Of a stretch of DNA of 64,000 nucleotides, positions 45,752 to 56,407 are shown piece after piece. Position numbers and translations under genes: made by a program. Numbering within the stretch: the first letter of the stretch is position 1; the number at the start of each line of letters is the position of its first letter. The stretch comes from Candidatus Caldarchaeum sp. (GTDB taxonomy: Archaea > Thermoproteota > Nitrososphaeria_A > Caldarchaeales > Caldarchaeaceae): positions 64,001-128,000 of the forward strand of contig JAVZZH010000001.1 of NCBI GenBank assembly GCA_038885755.1. The letters run 5' to 3'. The notes below the pieces were generated by a model. That model saw only the letters and a program-made list of their open reading frames with translations, was not told the DNA's origin and did no database searches.

Positions 45752-47728
45752 TTACTCGCCTTTGAACTCGGGCTTTCTTTTCGAGAAGAAAGCTGATACG
45801 CCTTCCATGAAGTCTTTGGTGAATATGAGGTCTGCGAAGAGTTTTCTCTCGACGGCCAGCCCCCTGCTGAGTGGGGCTTCTCTGGCTAGGAGGACGGCTT
45901 GCTTTACGGCTGCTACCGCAAGAGGAGGCTGTGAAGCCAGTCTTTCAGCAAGCTTCCTAAGCTCTTCGTCAAACCTCTCCGGCGGGTAGACTCGGTTGAC
46001 CAATCCTATCCGATAGGCTTCCTCGGCTGGTATCCTGTCGCCCAGCAACTCCAGCTCAAGGGCTTTAGCCACGCCGACTAGACGAGGAAGCCTCTGCGTA
46101 CCTCCAGCCCCCGGGAGGAGCCCGAGGTTTATCTCGGGCTGGCCCAGCTCGGACCGCGTCGTGGCGACACGAATGTCGCAGGCCTGAGCCAGCTCAAGCC
46201 CGCCGCCTAAGGCGTAGCCGTCAATCGCCGCGACGACAGGCTTGGGCATCGCCTCTATGATGTTCATCACTTCCTGAAACTCGCGTAGAAACTCTTCGGC
46301 GTCGGCCTTCGTTTTGACGGCTGTGAAAGCCGAGATATCGGCCCCGGCTGAGAACGCTCTGTCGCCTGCTCCCCTGACGACGACAACGCGCACCTCGTTG
46401 TCCTTCCAAGCTTTCAGCAAGGCGTCTGTGAGCTCTTTGATCATGGTGGGAGTGATTGTGTTGAGGCGGTGGGGTCTGTTGAGTATTATCCACGCGACCG
46501 GCGGCCTGCGGTCGTAAAGCACTTCGGTGTATGCTGACGTCTCGGCCGTGGAGTAGGTGTGGAAGCCGGCGCCGGTCTTCTTGCCCAGCCTACCGTTCCT
46601 CACATGCTGCAGAAGCAGCTGGTCAGGCTCGTAGAAGCTGCCGTGGATTCGGGCCAGCTCCTTCAAGGCGTCGACGACTTTATCGAGCCCCAGCTCGTCG
46701 CCATACTCGAGAACGCCCTTAGGCCAGCCCAGCCCGAGCTTTACCGCTGTCTCAACGTCCTCCAGCGAGGCGACGCCGTTGCTCACGAGCCATGAGGCTG
46801 CGTTGATGCTGGGAGCAAGAACTCGAACTAGGTCAACCCGCTCACCGGCCTCTCTCGGAATGTTCGGCCTCTCATACTGCGCGCCGCCGTACTCGTAAAA
46901 CCCTTTGCCCGACTTCTGCCCGAGGCTGCCTTTCTCGTAGAGCTGCTTTATCAGCGGGCATGGCTGGGGCGGGTTGGGAGTCCTCTCGAGGACGGAGGCT
47001 CCGGCTAGGTAAGCGACGTCCAGGCCGACGTAGTCGGCCAGCTCGAAAACCCCCATAGGCAGGCCGGCCCTGTACTTGACAGCAGAGTCTATCTCCAAAA
47101 CAGACGCCTCGTCCCTAGCAACCATCCAGCAGGCGTTCTCTATCAAGGGGATGAGTATTCTGTTGACTATGAAGCCTGGAACGTCTTTCCTGCAGACGAC
47201 AACCGTCTTCCCCATCCTCCTACCGACGTCGATGGACTTCGAAAGCGTCTCTTCGCTTGTTCTGTCTCCCTTTATCACTTCTAGGAGCGGCATGAGAGGC
47301 GGCGGGTTGAAGAAATGCATGCCCACAACCCTTTCGGGATGAGATGCGGCTGAAGCTATCTCCGTTATGGGTAGAGTGCTGGTGTTGGTGGCTAGAATCG
47401 CCGTCGAAGGAGCGGCCTTGCCGAGACGGCTGAATATTTCCTGCTTGAGGCTGAGCTTCTCCGGCACAGCTTCTATGACCAGGTCAGCGTCTGCGACTGC
47501 CGTCTCCAGCTCGAGCGATGTCCTGATGCGGCTGAGAGCCTGCTCGGCTTGCTCACGGCTGATCCTTTTCTTCTCGACAAACTTCTCCAAGCTCCATCTA
47601 ATCTTCTCAACCCCTTTGCGGAGAAGTTCTTCAGAGACGTCGACCATCGTGACTTCAAACCCTGCCAGCGCCGCCACCTCGGCGACGCCGTGGCCCATCA
47701 CACCGGCTCCTACGACAACTATCTTCAA
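45752..47728 (-). CDS. 3-hydroxyacyl-CoA dehydrogenase / enoyl-CoA hydratase fusion
   Basis: GAGVMG, TNTST, GMHFFNP, GFIVNR, then crotonase FSAGAD, GGGLE, PEINLG..PGAGGTQ. Confidence 0.95.
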   Translation of the reverse strand: MKIVVVGAGVMGHGVAEVAALAGFEVTMVDVSEELLRKGVEKIRWSLEKFVEKKRISREQAEQALSRIRTSLELETAVADADLVIEAVPEKLSLKQEIFSRLGKAAPSTAILATNTSTLPITEIASAASHPERVVGMHFFNPPPLMPLLEVIKGDRTSEETLSKSIDVGRRMGKTVVVCRKDVPGFIVNRILIPLIENACWMVARDEASVLEIDSAVKYRAGLPMGVFELADYVGLDVAYLAGASVLERTPNPPQPCPLIKQLYEKGSLGQKSGKGFYEYGGAQYERPNIPREAGERVDLVRVLAPSINAASWLVSNGVASLEDVETAVKLGLGWPKGVLEYGDELGLDKVVDALKELARIHGSFYEPDQLLLQHVRNGRLGKKTGAGFHTYSTAETSAYTEVLYDRRPPVAWIILNRPHRLNTITPTMIKELTDALLKAWKDNEVRVVVVRGAGDRAFSAGADISAFTAVKTKADAEEFLREFQEVMNIIEAMPKPVVAAIDGYALGGGLELAQACDIRVATTRSELGQPEINLGLLPGAGGTQRLPRLVGVAKALELELLGDRIPAEEAYRIGLVNRVYPPERFDEELRKLAERLASQPPLAVAAVKQAVLLAREAPLSRGLAVERKLFADLIFTKDFMEGVSAFFSKRKPEFKGE

Positions 47729-47783
47729 TCCTCTTCGTCAGGGATGCTATGCGACCTATTTAAAAACATGAGGCGCTTGCCGG

Positions 47784-48074
47784 CTAAGCCTTCACCAGCC
47801 TTTTTTCTACGGCCTCGGCTATCTCGTCAGCGGTTGGAAACCGTCTCTCCTGATGGCGGGAGAACACCTTTTCGTCGTCGACGTAGACATCGAAGGTTCC
47901 GGCGTCCGAGGTGTCAAGCGTAACCGAGAAGTTTTTGTTCAGCCGTTGCCCGTAGCGGCTGAGGAGGTTTTTGGCCAGCTCGATCGCCTGCGGCAGATGG
48001 CCGCATGGCACGCAGTAGACGATTCTAACGTTCACGTTTCTCAGGCTTGACGGAGTGGAATTTAACGATTGCAT
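47784..48074 (-). CDS. Rdx (SelT/SelW/SelH-like) family protein, Cys form
   Basis: IVYCVPCG, GTFDVYVD..VFSR...RFP. Confidence 0.88.
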   Translation of the reverse strand: MQSLNSTPSSLRNVNVRIVYCVPCGHLPQAIELAKNLLSRYGQRLNKNFSVTLDTSDAGTFDVYVDDEKVFSRHQERRFPTADEIAEAVEKRLVKA

Positions 48075-48127
48075 AGCTACGCCCGGTCATGGATACAGTA
48101 ATCAATAGCCGTTAAGGCTGTCTATGC

Positions 48128-48544
48128 ATGGATTACAGATGGTTTGTGGCGGTCTTGCTGGCTCTCGTGGTCTGGGGTGTTTGGGGTGTAGTCACTAGGG
48201 TTGCTTCCTCGTCCCTGGGATGGAGGGATACGACGGCGATAGCGGCGGTTGGCCATATGTCGGTAGCCATCGCATACATCATCCTCTCCCGGGCGGCTGT
48301 CCTGCCTCAGGGCTCAGCATGGTACATGGCTTTGCTCGCCGGAGCGCTTGGGTTCCTCGGGGCGCTGCTGTTCTACGTAGCACTAGACCTTAACCCTTCG
48401 TCGATAGTGGTTGTCGCGACCTCATTGTACCCTGTCGTGACGATCCTGCTGTCGACGCTTTTTCTGGGAGAGTCGATATCCATCAGGCAGGCTGTCGGAG
48501 TCGTTCTCGCCATAGCTGCTCTAGTCCTGATCTCCAGTAGATAA
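48128..48544 (+). CDS. Single-domain EamA/DMT transporter
   Basis: WGVWG, five hydrophobic helices, LYPVVT..FLGE. Confidence 0.88.
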   Translation: MDYRWFVAVLLALVVWGVWGVVTRVASSSLGWRDTTAIAAVGHMSVAIAYIILSRAAVLPQGSAWYMALLAGALGFLGALLFYVALDLNPSSIVVVATSLYPVVTILLSTLFLGESISIRQAVGVVLAIAALVLISSR

Positions 48545-49432
48545 CACGAGCTCGACTCCGTTTCCGTCAAAGTCTTCAACCGTCGCTCCCTCAAACCCCG
48601 GCACCCCGCTCACAAGCCCCTCGCGTATAGAGCATCCCTCACCGACCAGCCTGTCGACTAGCCTAGACAGAGCCTCCCTCCTCACCACGTTGATGGCGAA
48701 GCTGCGGAGGCTGGCGTGCTCGTCCGACGGAGGCGGGGCGTCTACACCCGCCCAAGTGTTGACGCCGATGTGGTGATGATACCCGCCTGCGGACATGAAC
48801 AAAGCCGACCCCATTCTGAACACGATGTCGAAGCCCAAGAGCCTGTGGTAGAAGCTTTCAGCCTTCTCAAGCCTCGACACGTGTAGGTGGATGTGGCCCA
48901 GCCTTGCACCCGTCCCGAGCCTCCAAGACTCGTCTAAAGCTTTTCCCGTACCCTCGCCACGTAGCTCGGCAAGCAGAGAGTCTAGGTTCAGCGGAAGCGT
49001 CGCCATTCGGATTCGCCCGTCAGCGGCCCTAGGCCATGCCTCCCGAGGCCTGTCGTGGTAAACCTCTATCCCGTGTCCGTCGGGGTCTCGGAGATAGACA
49101 GCCTCGCTCACCAAGTGGTCTGAAGCGCCTTCCAGCTCCCAGAACTCGCCGAGCCTCACGAACATACGGGCGAGGTCCTTCCTAGAAGGCAGCAGTAGGG
49201 CGAAGTGGTAAAGCCCTCTTCTGTCCGGCGGCTTGGGCATGGTTCCTTTCTTTTCTACGAGAATGACCAGAGTGTTTTTGGGCGGCGTGCCCAGCGCCTG
49301 GCCGCCTTCCCATTCATACAAGCTGGTCAGACCCATCACTTGTTTGTAGAACCTGCTGGACGATTGGAGGGATGAGACGGTGAGCGAGACCCACTGGACA
49401 GTCGTCCGGGGGTCTAGGGACGGGGTTGTCAA
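48521..49432 (-). CDS. VOC-family protein (CatE-like catechol 2,3-dioxygenase/glyoxalase)
   Basis: GLYHFALL, DHLVSEA.Y..DPDG.GIE, GHIHL, GGYHHHIG.NTW. Confidence 0.9.
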   Translation of the reverse strand: MTTPSLDPRTTVQWVSLTVSSLQSSSRFYKQVMGLTSLYEWEGGQALGTPPKNTLVILVEKKGTMPKPPDRRGLYHFALLLPSRKDLARMFVRLGEFWELEGASDHLVSEAVYLRDPDGHGIEVYHDRPREAWPRAADGRIRMATLPLNLDSLLAELRGEGTGKALDESWRLGTGARLGHIHLHVSRLEKAESFYHRLLGFDIVFRMGSALFMSAGGYHHHIGVNTWAGVDAPPPSDEHASLRSFAINVVRREALSRLVDRLVGEGCSIREGLVSGVPGFEGATVEDFDGNGVELVLSTGDQD

Positions 49433-49519
49433 GGCTTCCCCGCCTGTCTGGGCCCTCGGGGGTATTTATCCTGTGTTCTTGGACGGAGTACGTAGTGTTC
49501 TAGTTTCTGGGTTTAATTT

Positions 49520-50305
49520 GTGGCGTGGATGTTTGCTGGTGTGGTGAAAGGTTTGGACAAACAATACGTGGTTTTGCTGGCTCTATCGGTCGCCCTAGTC
49601 GCTTTGGCAGCCTCGTTCGCAGCAGTCGTTTTGGCTGACGGAGGTTCGGTCAACTTACAGCAGGAGAGGGATGTGTCTGAGGATGTCTTGTCAATCGCGG
49701 GCAGCGCTGAAGCTAGTATAACCCCGGACCAGGCAACTATATTGTTCACGGTTGAGGAGAGGGCTGCCACTCCGTCCGAGGCTCTCGCCCTCGTATCCGC
49801 AGCCTCCCAGAACGTTGTGTCGACGCTTCTCCGTCGAGGCCTCACTCCTGAAGAGGTGAAGACAACCAGTCTCAACGTCTACCCGCAGTACGTCTACAAG
49901 GAGGGAGAGCCGCCGATTATTGCTGGGTACGTAGCCTCATACACAGTCGAGGTTAAGACTAAGAAGATAGCTGAGGCGGGGGCTTTGATCGAGGAGGCGG
50001 TCAAAGCCGGAGCCGACCACGTCAGCGGGGTTTACTTCAGCCTATCCACCGAGAAGTACAGGGAGATTTATAGACAGCTGTTGGGGGCGGCGGTTGCTGA
50101 TGCCCAGATGAAGGCTGACGCGCTTCTCTCTCCGTTGGGGCTCAAGACAACCCGTGTGAAGTCCGTGTCCATTACGGAGTTGACGCCTATTCCTTTCGCT
50201 AGAGCGGCTGAAGCTGCCGGGTCTCCTGAAGGCCCTCCGATAATGCCTGGCACGGCCACGGTCAGAGTCTCGGTCAGCATCGTCTACGCGATAGGGCCTA
50301 GCTAA
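49520..50305 (+). CDS. SIMPL (DUF541/BP26) domain protein
   Basis: N-terminal TM helix, G.AE..PDQA, AVADA..KA..L, PG...V.VSV. Confidence 0.88.
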   Translation: MAWMFAGVVKGLDKQYVVLLALSVALVALAASFAAVVLADGGSVNLQQERDVSEDVLSIAGSAEASITPDQATILFTVEERAATPSEALALVSAASQNVVSTLLRRGLTPEEVKTTSLNVYPQYVYKEGEPPIIAGYVASYTVEVKTKKIAEAGALIEEAVKAGADHVSGVYFSLSTEKYREIYRQLLGAAVADAQMKADALLSPLGLKTTRVKSVSITELTPIPFARAAEAAGSPEGPPIMPGTATVRVSVSIVYAIGPS

Positions 50306-50325
50306 ACCATCACCATCTTTTTTTC

Positions 50326-51204
50326 TTGGATTTTCATCCTCCAAAGACGATGGGAAGGCTTCCTTACCTCGTTCAGGGGGCTGCGGCCGGGTTCTTCTTC
50401 GGGACGGCGGCCGTCTTCGTCCGCTACCTCGCTTCCCTAGATGCATTCACCATAGCTTTCGGAAGAGTTTTGATAGCGGGGCTTGTGATGGTCTTCCTAG
50501 GGCTTCTGGCTTACCGGTCCAACTACGTTGACGACGTCTCGAGGAACTGGAGGAGGTATCCTCCGCTGGGATTATTTCTGGGGCTTCACTTCATCTTCTT
50601 CACGCTCGCTGTCCAGAACACATCGGTCGTCAACGCCACAACCCTCGTAAACACAACCCCCGCCATGGCAATGGTCTTAGGCTGGAGCCTCAAACAGATA
50701 AAGCCGTCGACCCTAAACATAGTGGGGTTGTTGATGACTTTCCTAGGCTCTGCATCGATGACCTTCGGCGAGCTCTCCTACAACCCTTCACAGATATACG
50801 GCGACGTCTTCGCCTTGACAGGAGCTCTGGCGTGGGCTGTCTACCTTGTCGTGGGTAAGGGCGTGAGGGAGGGGGGAAACGTGCTGGCTGCAGCGGGCCC
50901 CATCTATCTGTCTGCGGCCGTGGCGACCGGGCTGGCGGCATTGATTGTCGGCGGGCTCAGGCAGCCGGGGGGCGATGAGATACTCCCCCTGCTGGCGCTG
51001 GCGTTCTTCCCCACGGTTCTCGGCCACTCACTCCAGTTCTCCTCGCTCAAAAAACTATACCCGTATGAGGCCTCTGCGCTTGCTCTGCTGGAGCCCGTCG
51101 TCGCCACGCTCCTCGCAGCCGCGGTCCTGAACGAGGTCGTCGAGCCGGCTTTCTACCTCAGCGCGGCGGTGATCATAACAGGGATCTACATGGTTGTCAG
51201 GTAG
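50326..51204 (+). CDS. DMT/EamA superfamily transporter
   Basis: Ten hydrophobic segments, GLHF, GDVFAL, LLEPV. Confidence 0.9.
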   Translation: MDFHPPKTMGRLPYLVQGAAAGFFFGTAAVFVRYLASLDAFTIAFGRVLIAGLVMVFLGLLAYRSNYVDDVSRNWRRYPPLGLFLGLHFIFFTLAVQNTSVVNATTLVNTTPAMAMVLGWSLKQIKPSTLNIVGLLMTFLGSASMTFGELSYNPSQIYGDVFALTGALAWAVYLVVGKGVREGGNVLAAAGPIYLSAAVATGLAALIVGGLRQPGGDEILPLLALAFFPTVLGHSLQFSSLKKLYPYEASALALLEPVVATLLAAAVLNEVVEPAFYLSAAVIITGIYMVVR

Positions 51205-52148
51205 TCCAGCAAGGCTTTCGAGACGGCGGCGTCCTGCACGGCTAGGCCGACGCTCTTGAACAACGTTATCTCGCGGTCGTCCTCCCTACCGGCCTTCAGC
51301 CCCGCCACCACCTCACCGATCTCGGCGTGGATCTTCTCACTCGTCATCAGGCCTAGCCGTATCGGCTCGAGTATGTCTCCAGCCTCCTCCATCACAGCTT
51401 CACGCGAGTCGACGACCAGCTTGGACTTTGCGGTAAGCTTCGGGTCTATCTCAACCATCTCGGGCGTGTATCCTCCTATCGCAGAGATATGAACCCCCTC
51501 CCTGACCCATTCATCCATGACGACAGGTGTCCTCGACGTCGTGACCGTGATGACCACGTCCGAAGTCCTGACCAGTTCTTCAGCTGAGCGAGCCGGCTCG
51601 ACCGTGAAGCCCTCTCTCCTCATAGAGTCAACGAAGCTTTTCATCCTGCCTCCGTCGATGTCGAAAACAGTGAACTCTACGTCGGGGTGGAGGCCGCCGA
51701 CCACCCGGACCTGCCAGCTGGCTTGGTAGCCGCATCCAACAACCCCCACCCTTGAAAAACCCTTACGAGCTAGGTGTTTGATGGAGACTGCGGAAGCCGC
51801 TGCTGTCCTGAGTCCCGTGAGTGCTCTGGCTTCGGAAACCAGCTTGGCGACTCCTGTCTCTGCGTCGAGAACCACTACAAGGGCGTTGATCGTCGGCAGC
51901 CCTCGAGCCGTGTTCCTAGGATATACTGTCACCAGCTTGAGGCTGAAGATGTTCATGGCAGGTACGTAGCACGGCATCAAAAGAATGTCCCCCGTTTTCT
52001 CCCGAGCCTCGATCCGTGTACGCACAGGCATCACAACCTGTCTGAGGCTGTAGAGCTTGTAGGCTTCCTCGACGACTTCGACAGCCTTCCTAGCGTCTAC
52101 TATCCTGGCAACATCCTCGTCCGATAGATACTTCACGTCATTCTCCAC
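51186..52148 (-). CDS. Ornithine cyclodeaminase/mu-crystallin family protein
   Basis: KLVTVYP.N, LTGLRTAA, GCGYQA, FKSVGLA.QD. Confidence 0.93.
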   Translation of the reverse strand: MENDVKYLSDEDVARIVDARKAVEVVEEAYKLYSLRQVVMPVRTRIEAREKTGDILLMPCYVPAMNIFSLKLVTVYPRNTARGLPTINALVVVLDAETGVAKLVSEARALTGLRTAAASAVSIKHLARKGFSRVGVVGCGYQASWQVRVVGGLHPDVEFTVFDIDGGRMKSFVDSMRREGFTVEPARSAEELVRTSDVVITVTTSRTPVVMDEWVREGVHISAIGGYTPEMVEIDPKLTAKSKLVVDSREAVMEEAGDILEPIRLGLMTSEKIHAEIGEVVAGLKAGREDDREITLFKSVGLAVQDAAVSKALLDYLTTM

Positions 52149-52234
52149 GGATTATTTTATGTTTAAGTCTTTCCCGTCAACGTCGTAGAGTAAAACGCAT
52201 ATTAACTGAAACAATTCCATCCCCTTGGTGGGGG

Positions 52235-54529
52235 TTGATAGCCGTCCTCATGCTGCTGCCGCTGCTGGTCTTCTCAGCAGTGGCGCCGTATCCATTCCAA
52301 GCAGGTCTCGAGCTAGTTGACGTGATCATAGAAAACAGCCCCAGCCTAGCTGCCTACTCAGCGTTCATCGACGCCGAGGTGGGTGGCATAGCCACGGCTA
52401 GGCTGCCTTTCAGGCTGTTGAGGATGCTCGAGGAGGATGGTGCGGCGGTCTACAGGCCGAGACTGCTCAGGCCGATGCTGGACGTCAGCATGGCCGAAAT
52501 AGGTGTAAACCTTCTCGGCAACCTGTCCGGCCTCAACGCTCCATCCGTCGACGGCACCGGGGTCTTGATAGCCTTCGTCGACACCGGGGTCGACTACAAA
52601 CATCCAGCCTTCAGGTCGAAGAACGGAGGCAACCGCATCCTGTACATCTGGGACCAGACCGTCGAGGGTAGGAAGCCGGAGGGGTTCGGCTACGGCCATG
52701 AATGCCTTCCGAGAGAGATAGCGGAGGGGTCGTGTCCGCAGAGGGATATTTCGGGGCACGGTACCTTGATAGCTTCCATCGCCGCTGGAGAGGTTTTCGA
52801 CGAGACGGGTCGCCGTGGTGTCGCTCCCGGAGCCGAGCTCATCGTGGTCAAGAGCGGTGGACCCGCATGCACGGACGGAAGGTGGTTCTTCACGGAGAAA
52901 GGGTTGATCGACGGTGTTGCGTATGCTGTTGAGAAGGCCCGTCTTCTCGGCAGACGGTTGGTGGTTGTGCTGAGCGTGGGCACGGACATAGGGGGGCATG
53001 ATGGAAACTCTCCTCTGGAGAGGGCGTTGGACGGCTGGGCTGATGAGGGGGTTGTGTTCGCAGTAGCTGCGGGAAACTCCGCCAACGACAACAGACATGC
53101 AACTGGAGTGCTGACACCCGGCCGGAACACCATGCTTTCATGGACGGTTCCTCAGGACACAACGCAGGCCAGCGTGTCGCTGGTCATCGGCCCCGATGAC
53201 TGGATAGAGCTCCAAACAACTTCTCCCAGAGGCGGCTCAGTAGTCTTGAGAGCCAACGAGACCGTCTCCACCGCCGACTTCACCGTCGAGACAAGCGTTT
53301 GGCGGAGAAACGCCCTGACCGAGCTGCTGCTGGAGTTCAACTTCAGCTCACGATTGACTGGAACTTGGAGGCTTACTCTATCACCCACAACCGTAAGGTC
53401 GGGCGTCTGGCACGCGTGGGTCGAGACAAACACCTGCAGCAACCAGTCGGAGTACTTCCAGCCTTCGCCCGATTACTCGCTCAGCCGGGAAGCGACGGTG
53501 ACAATACCGGGGACCGCTAAGAACGTGCTCACAGTAGGGGCCTACACGACCCGAGTAAGGTGGCAGGCCTCTGGGACGACATGGAGCGTAGACGGAACGG
53601 TCGGCGAGCTGGAGTACTACAGCGGCAGGGGCCCTACGTCGGACGGAAGGGTCAAGCCCGATATAACGGCTCCCGGGGGAGTGGTTCTCGCAGCCGGGTC
53701 GGCCGATGCTAGGCGTCAGCCGTACAACCCAGGCGGGCTGGTGGCCGTCAGCAGGGGAACCAGCATGGCGACGCCTCACGCGGCGGGAGTGGCTGCGCTG
53801 ATACTTCAGCTAGCCCCCAACCTGACTGCGAGGCGGGTGATAGAGGTGATGAAGGACAACGCCCGGGTTGACGACCGGACGGGGCCTGTTCCAGCCGGCG
53901 GCTCCAACTCATGGGGGTGGGGAAAGCTTACAGCCAACATCGCGTACCTGGTTCAGGTAGCGGTTTCTGGAGCTGTCAACGAATCCAAGCCTGTTCTCGT
54001 CATCGACGGAGCAGGCTCGTACGCCTTACAGTCAGCCAGCGCAGACATAGTCCTCGTCCGAAACAATCCCACGCAGCTCTCGCTCAAAACTCGTCAGACC
54101 GAGGACAGCAGGTACACCGTCCAGCCTCAGCAGGTATCTGCAGCCGGAGAGACGACAAGAGCACTGTTCACTGTACGTGCAGAGCATAGGCTGAGGATTC
54201 TCAGCCCGCAGGGCAGCGTTCTAAGGGATGTTTGGGGCTTGGAGAACAGCGTGTTCAGGCTCAGCGAGTTGCTGCGGGACGTCCCGCTAGGGGGATTTAT
54301 CTCGGGATACGTCGTTGACGGGGTTGAGTCTAGGGGTGATTCGCTGCAGCTTACACGGCCGATGACAGTGGTCTTGATAATCTCAAGCGTCCGGGAGGAC
54401 GGCAACCCCTTGGTTCCGGCGACGGGGCTGGCGTTCGCCTCGATTCTGGCAGCCGCCTCGATGATGCTGCTCAGATGGATACGGAGGCAGAGGAACCTCT
54501 CGAAACAGGCCGCTGCAGCTGCTCCATGA
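52235..54529 (+). CDS. Membrane-anchored S8 subtilase (Csp-like, with inserted beta domain)
   Basis: Signal peptide; triad VDTG / GHGT / GTSMATP; AAGN; RILYIWDQT; C-terminal TM helix. Confidence 0.92.
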   Translation: MIAVLMLLPLLVFSAVAPYPFQAGLELVDVIIENSPSLAAYSAFIDAEVGGIATARLPFRLLRMLEEDGAAVYRPRLLRPMLDVSMAEIGVNLLGNLSGLNAPSVDGTGVLIAFVDTGVDYKHPAFRSKNGGNRILYIWDQTVEGRKPEGFGYGHECLPREIAEGSCPQRDISGHGTLIASIAAGEVFDETGRRGVAPGAELIVVKSGGPACTDGRWFFTEKGLIDGVAYAVEKARLLGRRLVVVLSVGTDIGGHDGNSPLERALDGWADEGVVFAVAAGNSANDNRHATGVLTPGRNTMLSWTVPQDTTQASVSLVIGPDDWIELQTTSPRGGSVVLRANETVSTADFTVETSVWRRNALTELLLEFNFSSRLTGTWRLTLSPTTVRSGVWHAWVETNTCSNQSEYFQPSPDYSLSREATVTIPGTAKNVLTVGAYTTRVRWQASGTTWSVDGTVGELEYYSGRGPTSDGRVKPDITAPGGVVLAAGSADARRQPYNPGGLVAVSRGTSMATPHAAGVAALILQLAPNLTARRVIEVMKDNARVDDRTGPVPAGGSNSWGWGKLTANIAYLVQVAVSGAVNESKPVLVIDGAGSYALQSASADIVLVRNNPTQLSLKTRQTEDSRYTVQPQQVSAAGETTRALFTVRAEHRLRILSPQGSVLRDVWGLENSVFRLSELLRDVPLGGFISGYVVDGVESRGDSLQLTRPMTVVLIISSVREDGNPLVPATGLAFASILAAASMMLLRWIRRQRNLSKQAAAAAP

Positions 54530-55160
54530 CACGGAGAGCGACGCCGTCCGAAACCCTACACCTGCCGCTCTCGTCAACCTCATCCACGACGAACAAAGAA
54601 TGATACTTGTCGGCAGGTATCTTCGACGGCGGCGGGAAACCGGCGAACGCAAGGTCGAGAATCACGTAGCATCCAACAACTTTCAACCCGCATCGCTCGA
54701 GGAGACCCACCGCGGCGTTCAGGGTCTTCGACGACCGCCTAATGTCGTCTATGAGCAACACGTTGCTAAACCCGGACACAGCCGACCCATCCAAGTGGAG
54801 AGCCACGTCCCTGCCCTCCGTCGCCGACCTCTCAACGACGGACACAGGACTCTCGAAGACAACTTTGAAACCCTTGTAAATCGAGAAGTAAGGCTTGTTC
54901 AACTCGTAGGAGACAGCCACGCCGTACTTGGCTCCCGACGTCTCGACCGAGGCGACGGCGTCGAAGACGTAGCCCCTGCTCGCCACATCTAACGAGATAC
55001 ATCTGGCCAAGGCTCTGTACACCTCGGGGTCGTGGACGATGTTGAGCCAAGATATGCGGAGTATTCTTTCTTCTCCTCTCCTGAAAACTTTAACCGAGGA
55101 ACCGGTTCGGAGGCCTTCGACGAGCGTGGAGAGTGTTTTCAGAAGCCTGTCATCATCCAT
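54471..55160 (-). CDS. Type I phosphoribosyltransferase-family protein
   Basis: VASVETSG, SATEG flexible loop, LLIDDIRRSSKT. Confidence 0.8.
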   Translation of the reverse strand: MDDDRLLKTLSTLVEGLRTGSSVKVFRRGEERILRISWLNIVHDPEVYRALARCISLDVASRGYVFDAVASVETSGAKYGVAVSYELNKPYFSIYKGFKVVFESPVSVVERSATEGRDVALHLDGSAVSGFSNVLLIDDIRRSSKTLNAAVGLLERCGLKVVGCYVILDLAFAGFPPPSKIPADKYHSLFVVDEVDESGRCRVSDGVALRVMEQLQRPVSRGSSASVSI

Positions 55161-55185
55161 AGAAGCGGTTGAGGCGGGTTTCTTA

Positions 55186-56331
55186 TTAGTTTGCCGTGGA
55201 CAGGGAAACCCTGCTGGCGGGAATCCTCGAAACCAATGCAGCTGAAACGAATGGGGCGAAGGAGACGACCGCGAAGACCGGGGCGTAGCCGTAGACGTCT
55301 ATCGCGAGCCCTATAACCGGAACCACCACGTTGACCATTCCGAACGTGAACCCGTAAATAAGGGCTGAAGCAAATCCCAGATTGTTGGGAAGCATGTCGT
55401 GGGATATTGCTACGAGAAGCGGGTGGGCGGCTAGGGCGGCGAGGCCGAAGAGCGAGACGGGCACGAGAATGTACTGGGGCGGGGCCACGGTTGTCAGGTA
55501 GGCGAACAGCGTCGACGACAGGAGGAGAATAATAACCACTCTCCTCTTACCCATCCGGGAGGCTATTATTCCGGCGCTCACCATCCCGACGGCACCAGCC
55601 AAAAGCATCAACGTAAGTCCTCCGCCGGCTTGAGCAAGAGCATAGCCCTGGGAAGCTAAGTAGAGAGGCAGGTAGGTGATCATGCTCATCACAGCCACTC
55701 CTCTCAGCATGGCCGCGGCGACCAAGATGTATATGTAGCGGAGGCCCACAGCCCTCACGGCGGCTCCCAACTCCTGCCCTCTAACAGCCTGATGCTGGAA
55801 CTGATCCCTAGCCAGCAACAAGGCTGTCAAAACTGGAAGGACTAGCAGGAGGGAGGTCCCCTTCAAACCTATCGCAGCCACCGCCAGAGAGCAGACTAGA
55901 GACCCCAGCGCGAGGCCTAGGTCGCCTCCCGTCATAAACAGCGAGACTGAAAGAGACCTCCTGCCCGAGACGGAGCTCGCTGAGGTGGCTACGGGGTGGA
56001 ACAGAGCCGACCCGACTCCTCCCAGCAAGGCCAGGAGGTAGATTAGGAGATAGTCTTCGACGAAGCCGACGGCCGCTACCGCGAAGCCGCCGATCAGAAG
56101 GCCGGCCGGCATGAAGGCGTAGACCTGTCTCCTGTCGTAGATGTAGCCCGTGGCCACTTGCAGGAACGAGGCTGTGATCATGTAGACGGCGGGGATGAGG
56201 CCGAGGGCTGCTATGGACAGGTTGTGGTGCATGGCCAGGACGGGAAGCAGTGGAGGCAGGGCTGAGTAGAGCATGTCGTTGGCCATGTGGCCCATGAACA
56301 GCTTCGCCGCCCGGCTCATCGCGGACAACAT
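55186..56331 (-). CDS. MFS transporter (FSR-like)
   Basis: H..ND, LPPLLP, G...DR, GSALFHP, twelve TM segments. Confidence 0.9.
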   Translation of the reverse strand: MLSAMSRAAKLFMGHMANDMLYSALPPLLPVLAMHHNLSIAALGLIPAVYMITASFLQVATGYIYDRRQVYAFMPAGLLIGGFAVAAVGFVEDYLLIYLLALLGGVGSALFHPVATSASSVSGRRSLSVSLFMTGGDLGLALGSLVCSLAVAAIGLKGTSLLLVLPVLTALLLARDQFQHQAVRGQELGAAVRAVGLRYIYILVAAAMLRGVAVMSMITYLPLYLASQGYALAQAGGGLTLMLLAGAVGMVSAGIIASRMGKRRVVIILLLSSTLFAYLTTVAPPQYILVPVSLFGLAALAAHPLLVAISHDMLPNNLGFASALIYGFTFGMVNVVVPVIGLAIDVYGYAPVFAVVSFAPFVSAALVSRIPASRVSLSTAN

Positions 56332-56407
56332 TCATGCTGGAGCCTCTATATAGGTTCCATCCATCCAAGCGTCTAGCTTAAAACCATCCAAGAGGAAGAC
56401 ACGCCGC

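Noticed and set aside
47784-48074. SelW-like gene as a selenoprotein
   Set aside because: Motif is CVPC with no in-frame TGA
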